Positions 1 through 13,100 of a DNA stretch of 58,108 nt are shown in pieces. This DNA is from Kudoa neothunni. Taxonomy: Eukaryota; Animalia; Cnidaria. A program made the translations under genes and the position numbers. The stretch covers positions 4,556,658 through 4,614,765 of the forward strand of contig OZ199840.1 of the NCBI GenBank assembly GCA_964304625.1. The letters run 5' to 3'. The notes under the pieces are model-generated. The model was not told the DNA's origin, did no database searches, and saw only the letters and a list, made by a program, of their open reading frames with translations. How positions within the stretch are numbered: the first letter of the stretch is position 1; each line of letters starts with the position of its first letter.

Positions 1-1784
1 TTGTCTAAAAAAGTACGATATTTGGAAAATGCGCACTAAATGTTAGATGGCAAACTCTCCTCGGAAATAGCCACGAGGACGTTAATATACAAATGATAGA
101 AGATAAATTAGTTTAGTTGAGCATATGATGATGATGAATATTATGATTAAAGGTAAAAGTAGTTTGTTAATGAAAAGGTATGTAGCAACCGAAAACACCA
201 CCATTCCATCCATGTTTTTATCATTCTTTGCTATAGTTTAACTAATAAAAATAATATTGAACGATATAAATTTATAATAAAAAATAATTGTTCAATTAAT
301 AAATTTTACTATTTAGAAAAATAAATTAAAAAGATAAATTCATTGGTAGATACAATTAAATTTATAATATTTTAATTAAGAATTTAATTTGTTGTTAATA
401 AATTTGATGTTTTTGTATCATTATATAATTACAAAAAATGGTTTACTTAATTTTTTAAAAGTATTTTCTATTTGGAAAAGAGAGAACAATATAAATAGAA
501 TAATTCCACACAAGAAACCTAATGTTCGGAAAAGCAGTAAAAATAACTAGTTTACATAGTATTAAAATATATAAAACTAAAAAATATTATTCCAATAAGA
601 ATAATTGTTTGTAATAATCTTGCAATCTTCTTAATACGAATCAATTTTAATATTCGTTTTATAGATCATTATTATTATTTACACACATTACTCCTACATA
701 GCAAGTTAACCTAATTATATATTTTGTTGTATTTGATTAGTATATAAAGTCATAATATATTATGACTTCAACCTGCCTCTTAATTAGTTGATTTTTACGA
801 AAGAAATTAGTCTATTTAATTAATTAAAAGCATGATTATAATATGACAGCAATGGAATTTTAAACCTATATATTTTCATTTTATTTCTAATCCTTTCATT
901 TTCTTTTTATTAAAAAAGTGATTAAAGCGGTAAACAAACATGATCACGATGAATTTTTGAGACCACGGGGTATACCATTACCATTTTTATCACATCCTTT
1001 GAATGATAAAGTCTGTTTAATAATACTATAATAATAATAATAATAACAATTTAACTTTTATTTTTCCTTATTTATTAGATGTTATTTTAATTTTTACTCT
1101 CTACATAAATTGTATAAAGCTAACTTTTAGGTTTAAGTTGCTGACTGATTCAACCTAAAATAAATCTTCAGATTTATTTGTTAATTTTTTCAATTAAATA
1201 GTAAATCCTAATATATCTTGAATATAATCTGTTAATAATTACGATAGTTGATCGACGAAATTAAATCGAGAAAAATCCTAATTTTTCATACATAATTTTG
1301 TAAAATATTAATTATGTAATATAATCAAACTTTTTAATTTATATTTCATTCGACTATTTGTTGTTTAATTGAATTATTATTTGTGCATTAATTTCGGCCG
1401 GATTTTAGATTTTAACAAATAAATGACCTACAATGATTTTTAATAAACAAACTTTTACATTTTATATTTTTAAAAATTGGTTGAGTTCGCCTTTATAAGA
1501 TGTCAATTCGATCCTAAATCCAAGATTTTATGACATGAACGCATTTGATATAAAGGTCGTATTGAGTCGTCAATAATCGGCAAAATAAAAGTCATGTTAC
1601 GACTTTTTATATTGGATATAAAATGCCTCATCGTCCTAGAACAACTATTATTGCAAAGAAAAAAAATTCAGAGCCTATAAAAAGACAAAGGAGCAATTTA
1701 ATGAGGTTAAATTTTTCAGTTTGAATCGGTGTGTTCGATGCGTGCGGTAGCGTGGTCGTGCTTGCGCAGGAACGTCTCAATACA

Positions 1785-2450
1785 ATGGGTGCTTACAAGT
1801 ACATCGAAGAACTATACAAAAAGAAACAGAGCGATGTGATGAGTTTCCTTCAACGCATGCGATGCTGGAAATTGAGACAATTGCCCACCATCCATCGTGC
1901 TACTACCCCCGGCAGAGTTGACCGTGCCAGGCGTCTAGGTTACCGTCACAAACAAGGTTTCTGCATCTATCGGGTTAGAGTTAGACGTGGTGGTAGAAAG
2001 AGACCAGTACCCAAAGGTATCACCTACGGAAAACCTATCACCCATGGTGTAAATCAACTCAAAAACACCAGAAGTCTTCAAGCTATTGCTGAGGTATGTG
2101 CTGAAGCATAGAGAGTTACTGATTGTGATTTTAATATTTTTTAGGACCGTGTTGGAAGGGCTCTCGGTGGACTCCGTGTTTTCAACAGCTACTGGGTTGG
2201 TCAGGATTCGTGCTACAAATACTTTGAGGTGATAATGGTCGACCCTGCACACAAAGCCATCCGAAATGATCCACACAACAACTGGATCTGCAATCCCGTT
2301 CACAAACACCGTGAAATGAGAGGTCTCACCAGTGCCACTAAACGATCACGTGGAATCGGAAAGGGCCATCGTTTCAATCAAACAATTGGTGGAAGTCGCA
2401 ACCATTGCTGGAAACGCAATAATACTGTGGTGTTGAGACGTTTTAGATAA
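1785..2450 (+). CDS. RPL15: 60S ribosomal protein L15 (eL15), 2 exons: 1785-2093, 2145-2450
   Basis: [28 protein letters not shown]...[30 protein letters not shown] is the eL15 signature. A 51-nt GT..AG intron (2094-2144) joins ...QAIAE|[18 protein letters not shown] in frame. Confidence 0.97.
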
Positions 2451-2789
2451 CCGACTGTTTCACATATAAAATAGAAAATTATGATGTGGTTAGACAAATG
2501 TTTCGTTTGCGTGCTCTTTTCCTATTATTAAAATTATAAAGTTTAAATCATATAAATATATGTGTTGTCAAGTTTCCATTGCGACTTATTCTAATAAACT
2601 TTACGGTCAGCGCTCATATTTATCTATGATATGAAATAAGTTGGCGATAGTGGGTCGGGATCGGTTGACATAATCTTTTTTTAATTATCTCTTAATGGTG
2701 ATGTTATTTTTTTATTTATGCATCCAATTATTTCTCGATTGTCTTACTCTCTAATGATATTCCAACAACGATTAATATGTAATGTGTAG

Positions 2790-3720
2790 TGGACTTGGGG
2801 GTAAATTTTACCCCATATTTTTTTTGAATTTTAATACTTTAAAAAATCTAATAGTCAATATTGTTGAATAATTTTTAATTCCTATGGATAAAACATTGGC
2901 AAATGCACATTAAATTTTGACGCAATCCACGCGATAATTGGCTTCGTTTACGTTCTGTCTTATGTCGGTACACATCGATGTTTCATTAAAAAAGTAATTG
3001 CGTTAATGCGGAAGAATTAAACGTGTTGCACCAGTTGAAATATTAAAACAAAACACAGGAAGAATTCTTGAATGTTATGAGGAGTTAAAATAATTTTTAA
3101 ATGCGTGAAATGGACAATAAAATTTATAACAATATTCGCTCCATTTAGGAGATTTTTTATAATTTTTCCTCTCGCGGTTTTCACATTTTGCTCATTTTGC
3201 ATTAAGATGTTTCAGTTGGGAAGCATAAACAGTGATTAAACCTGCTTTTATTGTTTTGTTTGTGGAATTGTTCAACGATTTCTTCAAGAAAATCACGCGT
3301 TTTAATTTATTACGAACATAAAAATTCAACATATTCTTTTCTCGGAAAATAAAAATGCTGCCATAGGGGGCTCTATTTTGTGATGATAGTATCTCTTTAG
3401 TTTTTAATGTAATGTCTATATAGCCAATTTTTTCCAACAATTTTTCAGCAGAAACATCGATAAGAAGACATTTTCGTGAATAATATGATGTTCATTCTTT
3501 GATAAACAAAATTCATCAATGAAATTATTAGAATCACACATCCTCATCAGGACTGCCAGCAGAGCTATAAAAAAACCCAAGGTCGAGAAAAACACTACTT
3601 TAAAGTACATCAAAAAATAGAATCGTATCTATGAAAGTTTAAACTTTCGATTCAATAATTACGCCTTCGGACTTCAAATTTAAATTTATCGTCGTACGAT
3701 CGCGATGTTTTGACATCAAC
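2790..3720 (-). mobile_element. Highly degenerate piggyBac-like transposase relic (3' part); boundaries approximate
   Basis: Broken minus-strand fragments KIGYIDIT (cf. KGGVD) and NR..PMAAFLF (cf. RWPMA.F), a Cys-containing tail, and palindromic GGGGTAAATTTTACCCC near 2797, a kind of motif seen near piggyBac ends. Confidence 0.3.
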
Positions 3721-4167
3721 ACTCACTCATACTTAATGTCTCGTGTAGATCAATACAATCACAATTAATTATTAGATAAGTCAAAATATATTTTGAAATA
3801 ACGCTTAAACTTTATAATAATGTGCGACAATGTTTACTGAGTAATTATGTAATCATGCCATGTTAAACAATCTAATGTGTTGTTGTTCAATATCGCAAAT
3901 GTTTAAACCCTACATGACAGTGCTTCCCGCACCCCTAAGGATGTGAATTGTGGACTTTGGAGTAAGAGATTCGATCATAATAGAAAATAATTTTTGAGCA
4001 ATTTTGAGTCGGCTATACCCTATCGTATTATCGTATGCATGTGGGTACGAGTCCTATTTTAGTTGGGAAGCGCTTCTGCATGATATAACCTGAATACGAT
4101 ATGTCATTAAAAATATAAATATTAATGCCTTGCATACAAAAATTGTGTTATTCTTTAATGTTTACAA

Positions 4168-4454
4168 CAGTATTTCCCAATCTTTGTTGTATCGCGCCCC
4201 ACTTTTCCCAGAAAAATAGTTCCGTGCCCCATCATTCTCAAAGTTGGTTGTGATCTTAATCGTCATTTAAAAATTAGCGAAATCACAAATCGCGATATTG
4301 ATTTCAAAGTATGTCATACGGACAAATTATCTCATCATTATCCGTGTCGCACCGATACTCAGGATTTTCCACATCCCAACAGAGCGATTCATTAAACGTT
4401 TAAAAATTTCCATGACCATCAAAATTTTTTTACGCCCCACGATGGGAAACACTG
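4168..4454. mobile_element. Non-autonomous hAT (Buster-type) MITE, 287 bp
   Basis: TIRs CAGTATTTCCCAATC / GATGGGAAACACTG. 8-bp TSD GTTTACAA (4160-4167) vs GTTTACAG (4455-4462), with the nnnTAnnn Buster pattern. Confidence 0.8.
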
Positions 4455-4668
4455 GTTTACAGGTTTTCTATAAAAACCCAAGATTTTGTATTAAATGGAA
4501 AAAACCCAAGCCATAACCCCCATATAATTAGCGCATGCGCTCCACTTAATTTATTAATCTAACAGTGATTCCCAACCAGGGTTCGGTGAGATAGTGCCGA
4601 GGGTTCGACGGACGAGGAAAATTTAGATTTTCCGCTCTGCGCACCCTATGGGCGCAATTTAAGTAGCA

Positions 4669-4789
4669 TCGTGTTTCCTCGAAAAAAAGACCCGGTCTTA
4701 TATTAATTCCATGTTAGAAATTGCTATTAGGTCTTATATTTAATACATCATGAAAATTAGCACTAGGTCTTATTTTTGAGTAAACACGA
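4669..4789. mobile_element. Tc1/mariner-pogo type MITE (~120 bp) nested in the Buster 5' region
   Basis: TIRs TCGTGTTTCCTCGAAAAAAAGACC / GGTCTTATTTTTGAGTAAACACGA. Flanked by CA (left) and TA (right), i.e. a decayed TA TSD. Internal GGTCTTAT repeats. Confidence 0.7.
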
Positions 4790-5049
4790 TACCGCGGGAA
4801 ACTACCTATTTCGGTTAGATACAAAGATTTCCCTTAAAATAAAAATGTATTTAGATAAATACACCTTTTTCACTATATTTCATAATATCCTTAATCAAAG
4901 TGACCGTATATGATTATTTATCGCCCCTCCTCTATAAAGAATATACTATGTGCACTAAGTTTGCTGCGGTGTCATCTTTAAGTCCAATCAGATCGATCAG
5001 CTGCGACTTGTTGTCTTTGAGTTATATTGTTAATTATTATAAATAAGCT

Positions 5050-6860
5050 GAAGTAGACGAGAAAGTAGTCAGACAACTATGTTGAATATGGTTTCACCTT
5101 AATAACTCTTGCCGATGGAAGTCAGCGTCCCCAGTGTATGATCTGTAATGCTGTGCTAAATAATTCTAGCCTCGCTCCTGCAAAACTGCGTGAACGTTTT
5201 ATGAAGCTTCATGTAAATGGCCAATATAAGAATGCAACAATTTTAGATTTTAGAGCTAAAAGGACCAAATTCGATCAACAGAAATCATTGTCTGATCTGA
5301 GCTTTGTGTCAACTGATAAACCAATTTTTCAACCATCCTACGAAATATCATATTTGCTTGGAAAACTAAAAAACACTCGTAGGATGGGCGAATCATTAGT
5401 TAGGCCAGCTGCGATGAAAATGGCAAATATCTTTATGGGTAAATAGGTAAGGCTGCCGAAACTAAATTTCCCCAAGTTTCTCTCTCCAATAATACTGTGC
5501 GATGCAGAGTTATAGATATGAGAAATGATATACTGTCGCAAATACTGGAACATCTGATTTCGAGCCCACTAAAATTTAGCCTCCAACTTGACGAAACTAC
5601 GGATATTGTTGATATATGCCAACTTTCTGTATTTGTGAATTATTTCTACCAAAATTCCATGAAAGAAGAAATCTTATTCTGTAAACTACTCAAGAAGACG
5701 AGAAGAGCATCTGATATAAAAAAATGATGAATAACTTTTTCCAAGAACATCAACTTACATGGGATATGGTGTTTGCTATTTGTACTGATTGTATCTCTGC
5801 CATGCTTGGAAAAAACTCTAGTTTTGGATCTTTAATGAAAGCTGATGCTCCGCATATAATTACAACACATTGTATTCTTTATAGATCTGCGTTGACCATG
5901 AAAACCTTTCATCCGAAACTCAAATTTGTATTGAATATTGTTTTTGAATGTGTGAATTATGTGCGAAAAAGTGCATTAAATCATAGGACTTTTAGGGATT
6001 TGTGCAATGAGTTGGGCTCGGATTTTGAAACGCTTTTATACCATTCGAATGTTCGATGGTTGTCTAAAGGAAAAGTGTTAAATCGCGTTTTGGCGTTACG
6101 CAAAGAACTTGTCATATTTTTAAGGGGACGGAAGCATCAACATGCCCACCTTTTTTCCGATGCTAAATATGTTATTACATTGGCGTATATGGCTGATATC
6201 TTTAATACCCTGAACCAACTCAATCTTCAAATGCAAGGAGGCGGAATAAATATAATCGAAGCTGAAGAAGAGATTCTAGGGTTTCTTAAAAAATTAGTTC
6301 TAAGGATACGTAGGGTACAAAATAGGAACTTTGCTAATTTTCCTTTTCTGGATGATTGCATAAGTAATTTTGAAGATATCGATGGGTTTGCATATGTTTC
6401 TTTACTCGATAACGTGAAAGACTCAATTGTTTTACATTTGAGTGAGCTAAAAACATCCCTTGAAGGATATTTTCCAAAAGACATATCCTATCCAACATGG
6501 GTAAGACAACCATTTCTGTTTTCAGTATCATCAGCTGATGTAAATGATATATATTTGGATGGATTGATTATTTTACAACAAAACAAACTGCAACAACAAT
6601 TATTCAGTACTTCAACATTATCCAATTTTTGGTGTAATCAAACATCTAATTACCCATTGATTGCAAATACTGCCCTTAACCTAATCATTCCATTTGTATC
6701 AACATATCTATGTGAACAACCATTCTTGGCTTCATTGGATATTAAAACAAAAAAACTAAACAGACTTGAATGTGGTGATGACATGAGAATAGCGTTAACC
6801 AAAGTTGAACCTAGGATTTCAAAAATAATTAATGAAAAACAGAAGAAAAGTTCACATTAG
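5050..6860 (+). pseudogene. Disrupted Buster-type hAT transposase
   Basis: YVEYGFT...PQCMIC, FSLQLDETTD, ICTD, HCILYR, LLYHSNVRWLSKG and PFVSTYLCEQ.F motifs are split over ORFs 5138-5446, 5497-5727 and 5724-6860 by a stop and frameshifts. Confidence 0.88.
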
Positions 6861-8634
6861 TTTTATTAAAAAATGGTAAATAATTGTAAGTCTAATAAAA
6901 AAATATAGACATTAATCTTTTCTGAACTTTCGTTTAACCAAACTTCGGCAAGAAATTTTTAATACAAAAAATCACGACACTTGGTGAACGACTTGCAATA
7001 GTATAAATATCTATCTCAATATTGATTCATGAATTAATCTTTGTCATAATTTAAATTTTAGGTATGGACAACAATTCTGTCCATCTGGAATAAAACTACT
7101 GTTAAATCAAATTTTTTATTCTGCGATAAATATTTTAAAACTTATCATTTTGAATCGGTTCAGAGATTATTTTTTTAAATAAACGTAATTTTGAATTAAT
7201 CTTTAATACACGCTTGCTTGTATACATGTAAGAAATTCGTCTCATCACCTATAAACAATACATTTTTGAAACATTAGATAATTATAGCACATAGAAATGT
7301 ATTTATTACTTTTAAATTAGAAGGTCTGATGACTTTATAAGATGGCGGAAAAAACATGCTATCATAACAGGGAGGGGTTCGATGAGGTATTAAAGATAGG
7401 AAACCACTGATATAGATCATTTCGTTTAAGTTTTAAAAAGTTAATTTTAAACGTACCATAGTGTTTATTTTACTTTCAGATTATTGAAAAGTAATTTAGT
7501 GATTGAATTAATTCAAATAACGAAGGTTATATTAGGTTATGGAGCCAAACATTAATATGAAATTCATCTGTTGATGTTTAACATGATTAGTCATATTTAT
7601 ATGGTAAGGTTTAGGGATTACTGCGAACAACAAGGAGAAGATCGATGTTTTAGGAGCTCTAATGAAGAAATTTTAAACGCTCAGTAGTGTTTATTCATTT
7701 TTGAAAATATTAAATAAGGTTCATGCGTCAAATTATTTAAGATAGATTAATTATAATACAATTTGAGACTAAACCACGGTAACTGTATACGAATTTAGTG
7801 CGGCACCGACATACAATCGGAACAAAGTCGTTTCCTACAATTTGTCCTACTAATTGATTTCTCCTTCAAAATTTTTTCATATTTCTTTTTATCATAAAAA
7901 ATAACATTAAATTATTAAAATTCAGATCCAAAAATAACTTTAAAATCCTAAGCCGAGTATATTCGGATTCACGCGTAATTTCCATTTTATTTAGAAAAAG
8001 TTTAAAATTCTTTTACTTTTTGTGTTGAACATAGTTATTTACATTTATTACTCCAAAATTGGTTTATAATGGATAACAGAGACCTATCAGATAACTCATT
8101 GGTTGCCACGTTTGTATATTAATGCGTTACATAATTAAAATAAATTAAAGCAAATTCATGTGATATTTTTGTTTACTTTCTTTAAACGTACATTTTTGTG
8201 GACGTAATGTATAAAACGTAACAATCAATGGTCAAGAAACCTAAGTAGACCATATATTCATACACCAAAGTTTGGTATTTCAGTAGATTATAAATATATG
8301 GCGTAATATTACACTTTATAATCAAAACCTAATTAATAAATGTTTATTTTTAGATTTTACTCCTTTTTTATATTATTTAAATAAACCAAACTTTATTTGT
8401 GTAATCTCTGTACTATTTATCCAAATACTCTTAATTTACTTGAACTTAAAATGACCTTTGCCGGATTTTTGCGCTAGTTTATAATATAATTATATTAATG
8501 AATAATATATGCATATAGCAAATAAAACTTATTGATTCACCTCTAATCTTATTTATGCGTTAAAAAGATTTGTTCTATTCATACGCCAATGATTATTATT
8601 CGTTCCGATTTTTTCTAATATTCGATGAAACAAA

Positions 8635-10095
8635 ATGAGTAGTTTATTCAGAAAAATAATACTAATTCTATCCATATCTTATTGTTTAACTGGTAAAGAC
8701 CATATTCGAGAAATCATTATATTTATTCACTAGATCCAATACTACCGTCTTATGAAAGAGATGAAGGAGACTGGCCTATTGGTGGGGATAAAAATATGAA
8801 CAATGTTATTGACCGTTGGTTTATTGACATCAATGACGCCAAATGTAAACCTCTGGAATACCGAGGAATTAAAGGCAACTATAACAATTTTGCGTCAAAA
8901 GGACTTTGCGAAATGCACGGTATGTCATTTAAATTAGGTTTATTAAGACAATCTCGTTAAGGTAAATTGACTCAAAGGGAAAAACTCCAAGGATGCAAAA
9001 AACCAATGCATCCAGGTCATTGCGTTAAAAATAAGGATATTTCTGTTCAGTACTACTTTGATCAGACAACGGCTAAATGCGAACAATTAAACTATAATGG
9101 CTGTGGTGGAAGTTTTAATAGATATGCAAATGAAGAAGAATGTTATTTATATTGCTTCAGTGAGATATTACAATGTTTCACATTCGAATAACATTGTCGA
9201 TTAGATAAAAAGAATGGAGGGCTAACGGACGCTGATAATTCTAAAATAGAATCACTCAGTGGTAAAAAAATATATTTGTCACCAAATACCTTGGACTGTA
9301 CACTAAGACCAGACGTTAAAGACAAAGATCCAAACACTGCAATTATAGCCGATGTCGATAATAATAAATGTGCTTATGCTGCGGTCTCCATAGATTCAAA
9401 TACTAGAGGAATATTTCGCACGTTTTCTGAATGCGTCAAAAAATGTTATCGTATAATTATTATTAAATGAAAGAATTTTTATTTCTTTAGCGAATCTAAG
9501 TACTGCTAGTAATGCTGAAGTTGAAATTGCGAAAAACGAGAAAGTTTCTGCTTGTGGGGGTGAGCCTTACCGACGTGCTATAACTAAAGAAGGAGATCAA
9601 GAAGAGACAATTTTCAGATATTATTATAGCTCTAAAGATGATACTTGTAAACGCATGGAAACTGGCCCGATTCCAGAGGGTGAGTCTGTTTTTGATAGAT
9701 CAAAGAATAGTTTCCCCACTATGGAAATGTGTCACAGTTATTGTGGTGCAGGTATGAACTTATTTACTTTGCTACAATATTAAATTCAGACAAAATAAGG
9801 CTAACAATTTTGTTGGTTTAAAATAAAAATTAAATTAATTTAGGAGGTTACAAAAAAGAAATAAAGGTCGAGGAAACATGTACATTAGGAAAACTGGGGG
9901 TTTGGGCCAGTGGACCTTTTAAAGCCAAGAGATACTTTTATATTAAAGATGAGAAAAAATGCAAAGCATTTTTTTTACAAAGGATATGAGGGAAATTCGA
10001 ACAATTTTAGAACAAGTGAACAATGCAAAGCCATATGCGGAGAAATTTATAAGGAAGATGGTGACGTTGAGGTTGATGATAATGCAGATAACTAA
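8635..10095 (+). CDS. Secreted protein with five Kunitz/BPTI-like domains, 6 exons (8635-8692, 8734-8919, 8962-9159, 9205-9450, 9491-9751, 9844-10095)
   Basis: Signal peptide MSSLFRKIILILSISYCLT. Phase-1 introns of 40-92 nt. Canonical domain CKKPMHPGHC...YYFDQTTAKCEQLNYNGCGGSFNRYANEEECYLYC plus four divergent ones (e.g. YRGIKGNYNNFASKGLC, YKGYEGNSNNFRTSEQCKAIC). One +1 T in the T-run at ~9969-9976 breaks the last exon. Confidence 0.85.
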
Positions 10096-10849
10096 AATCC
10101 ATATCAAAATAAAAGCTGATTTAGTTTTAGAAGAATTAGTAATCATATTTCCTCGAAAACACAGAGATTTTATAATTGTTTTGGATAATACTAAAATATT
10201 TTTTCGGGCGATTTTAAGTATATTTAAAAACTTGAGCTTAATCAGCTCTTATTATCAAGAATATAAATTAAAATTATATAAAATTTTAGTATTTATATTT
10301 ATTAGGGTTAATTTGAAAATATGATAGGTGTTCATTGAGAAAGGGATTAGTTGATATTTTTTACCTGATACCTGCGCATGTCTCGTTTTGATAAAGATTT
10401 ATAAGACCTGGAACAATTTGTTATCAATGTTTTGTTATTTATCAAGAAATTCTAAAAGATATTTATCATAAAATTCTTCTTTTTAACTATATTTATGGTT
10501 ATATTCCGATTTTAATTCAAAAGGATTTTAGTATAAAAAACCTAAGGGCGAACAAGTATAAATATATAACTTAAAAATTTTTTATACCATGATATAAAAC
10601 TGGTAGGTGTTAAAATTTTTTCTTTTATTATCTGATGAATTTTGGAGAATATAATAAAGATCAGACATATCGAATCAGCCTGTGACACGTAATAGATTAT
10701 TCATTTATCATCTCATTTCTCATTACAGTGAATGAAGAATATTACGTAACCCACGCGGAAGCGAGGAAAAAGTGCCAAATAATCAACATTGTTGGCTATT
10801 TGGCACCTAGCGACGCGCCCACGTCTATTATAAAAAACAAGTGTTTATT

Positions 10850-11280
10850 AATAACTAGCGGGAACTGCCAATCGTTGCTTGGTGAAGATTTCGCATGGAT
10901 ACGTTTCTTAATAATATTCAAGAAATATATTGAAGTTTCAAATTGACCTTAGATGCAAAATAACTAAAAAATTTTAAGCATTATACTTCAACTATTTGGA
11001 TTATGAAATTTGAATTATGATCATTTATTTGAAGGAGTGTTCCAATCCCAGCGTTTATTTAAAAATTTTGTGGGTCGGCACCAACGCTAAACAATTTAAG
11101 GTCAGCTTCGTATTTTTTTCATTCCCGAATTTTTTTAAATCCCGTTAGAACGTTATCTAAAACGTTACTTTTTGGCCCGGAGAATTTTTAAAAGTCGAAT
11201 TCTAGCCTGGATTGGAAACCGTGTGCACCGCCAAGTTTTTAAGAGATAAAAAAATTGAAAAAGTAATAGAGATAGAAGAA
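10850..11280 (+). repeat. Dispersed ~430-bp repeat; diverged inverted homolog at 44005-44432
   Basis: GGTGAAGATTTCGCATGG, GGAGTGTTCCAATCC and GGCCCGGAGAATTTTTAAAAGTCGAATTCTAGCC align collinearly with the reverse complement of 44005-44432. Confidence 0.75.
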
Positions 11281-12299
11281 AATAGACGTAAATCAATTTT
11301 TATTGCTCCAATTATTATCCCTTGGCCGGTAAGAGCTTAACGCACTTTTTCCCAAACAGTTAAAAATCGCTTCTATGTCAACATAAATAATTTATATAAT
11401 TAGAAGAAGTAAGATTACAACCATCTGCATTTAATTTAATCACTATAAGTTCAACATAGCGGATGATTTCAATGAAATCTACGGACAAGGCGCTTGTATT
11501 ATAAAGTTTCAATCTATCTAATTATGGAATTCCATGCCAAATCGCTGTTAATGATGCAAACGTATAATTATTCTCACATTTAAAACCATTAATAGAATTT
11601 TTAAAACATACTTATCAAATCAAATACGTTAAAACTCCGCAAATAGGGGGTGTATTTGCACCAACGCCTAAATTTACACACTAAATTTATATACAAAGTT
11701 AGATTCCTGCAGATAATCAACATTTGATGAAGCATATAAGGAGGAACATTAATTTCAACAAACCATCAGCAGGTTATAAGTCGGTGTTAATCCTGTTGTT
11801 GTAACTGGGTAATCCGTTTAACAAACTTTGAATCGACAAAATCACTATTTTCTAAACACTTTTTGGGGCATTTGGTAGTGTAAAAATGATTTAAAGATTT
11901 TTTGAAACATTGTGATTTTTACAAAATTTCATAAATGTCTTTATAAGGAAAAAAATTTTGACGCACATGCGTACTTTCTGACGCACACACACGGACACTT
12001 CAGCTTGATGTGTATAGGAGATGGTAGATACAGTTGTGCAGGGATACTACGCACTTTTTTGGGACATAGACTCAAGTGCGCAATAACCCCGCATTCCTTA
12101 TATCCATGCTTAGCGCGTGCACATACAGGGAAAAATTGGGTGGGTGCGCGACCACTTTTTCTGTTTTTTTATTTATTCTCTCTTTGCATTAATAATAACT
12201 TTAATAGAGAGGTGCGAAAAATTCTCGTAATAATTTTTTTATTTTTCACAGAATACTTTGAAAAAATAAAATCTTAATTTTAGTCCAATGGGGAAGTGG

Positions 12300-13100
12300 A
12301 AGGTCTTTCATTATTGCGAATTATTAATAAGAGTCTTTTTTCTGACATCGAGTATATCGCAACAATTTTTATTCTCTTTTTGGATTTTTTAGAACCGCTT
12401 AAGTTCTCCTCCATTTTAAATTCTTAACCATACATTAAATTTCACATAGGGATATAACTTTAAATGATATTTTACCTTTTCTTTTCTAATAAAATAATCC
12501 GGTCTCATCCAAATAAAAAATATCTTTTGGATCATAATTTTCGATCAACTTTAACAGTTGATCGCTCCAAGAGGAAACTATTTCAAGATCAACACTCTTG
12601 GATTCACCTATGAATATGTTATTTTCGATCCAACTCTTGAAGAAAAACCTAGAAACCAATCTCCACCAACCACAGAAACTGTTCTTTTAATTTCATATGA
12701 ATAATTATAGGTTTTTTTAATTATATCGTTCTGAGAGAGTACGATATTATGTGATCTTATCAGCTCAATCCACTCATTAAACTAAGAATCTACAGTGTTG
12801 AAATTATCTTTTCTTAAGGTTCCCTTCTATGTTCTAGACGTCCAGTGTTACAATCTTTCGGAATACTGTTCTTTTTTAACAGTATGAAGTTTAAGAAGGA
12901 TATTGATTTTAATTCAAATTTCTCAACATTTTTGGCTGTTGAACAGCTGAATTTTTTAATTTCATCATAATATTTTATTATTTTAATCATCTGAATATCG
13001 ATACTTTATAGGATTTCTTAACTGCGTACTAACCATGTTGGATTTAATTCGGTGATTTTTAATGCGCAGTAAGCATGCAGCCAAGTTTTCTCTGATTCTA
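12300..13100 (-). mobile_element. Degenerate pogo/Tigger transposase relic; boundaries approximate
   Basis: Minus-strand FYLDETGLFY at ~12490-12520 matches the pogo/Tigger (N)ADETGLFY first catalytic motif. The rest is decayed. Confidence 0.35.

Larger units (their letters stand above)
4563..7409 (+). mobile_element. hAT Buster-family DNA transposon (ZBED8/Buster3-like)
   Basis: Left TIR CAGTGATTCCCAACC, right end GATAGGAAACCACTG followed by ATATAGAT (nnnTAnnn). GGGTTCG subterminal motifs at both ends. Contains a Buster transposase. Left TSD not clearly preserved. Confidence 0.85.

Noticed and set aside
1-1700. Possible gene or RNA in the leftmost AT-rich region
   Set aside because: No ORF, splice pattern, RNA motif or termini that I could support.
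1731-1784. N-terminal extension of the RPL15 ORF (MFDACGSV...)
   Set aside because: It starts at a GTG. The conserved eL15 start MGAYKY is at 1785.
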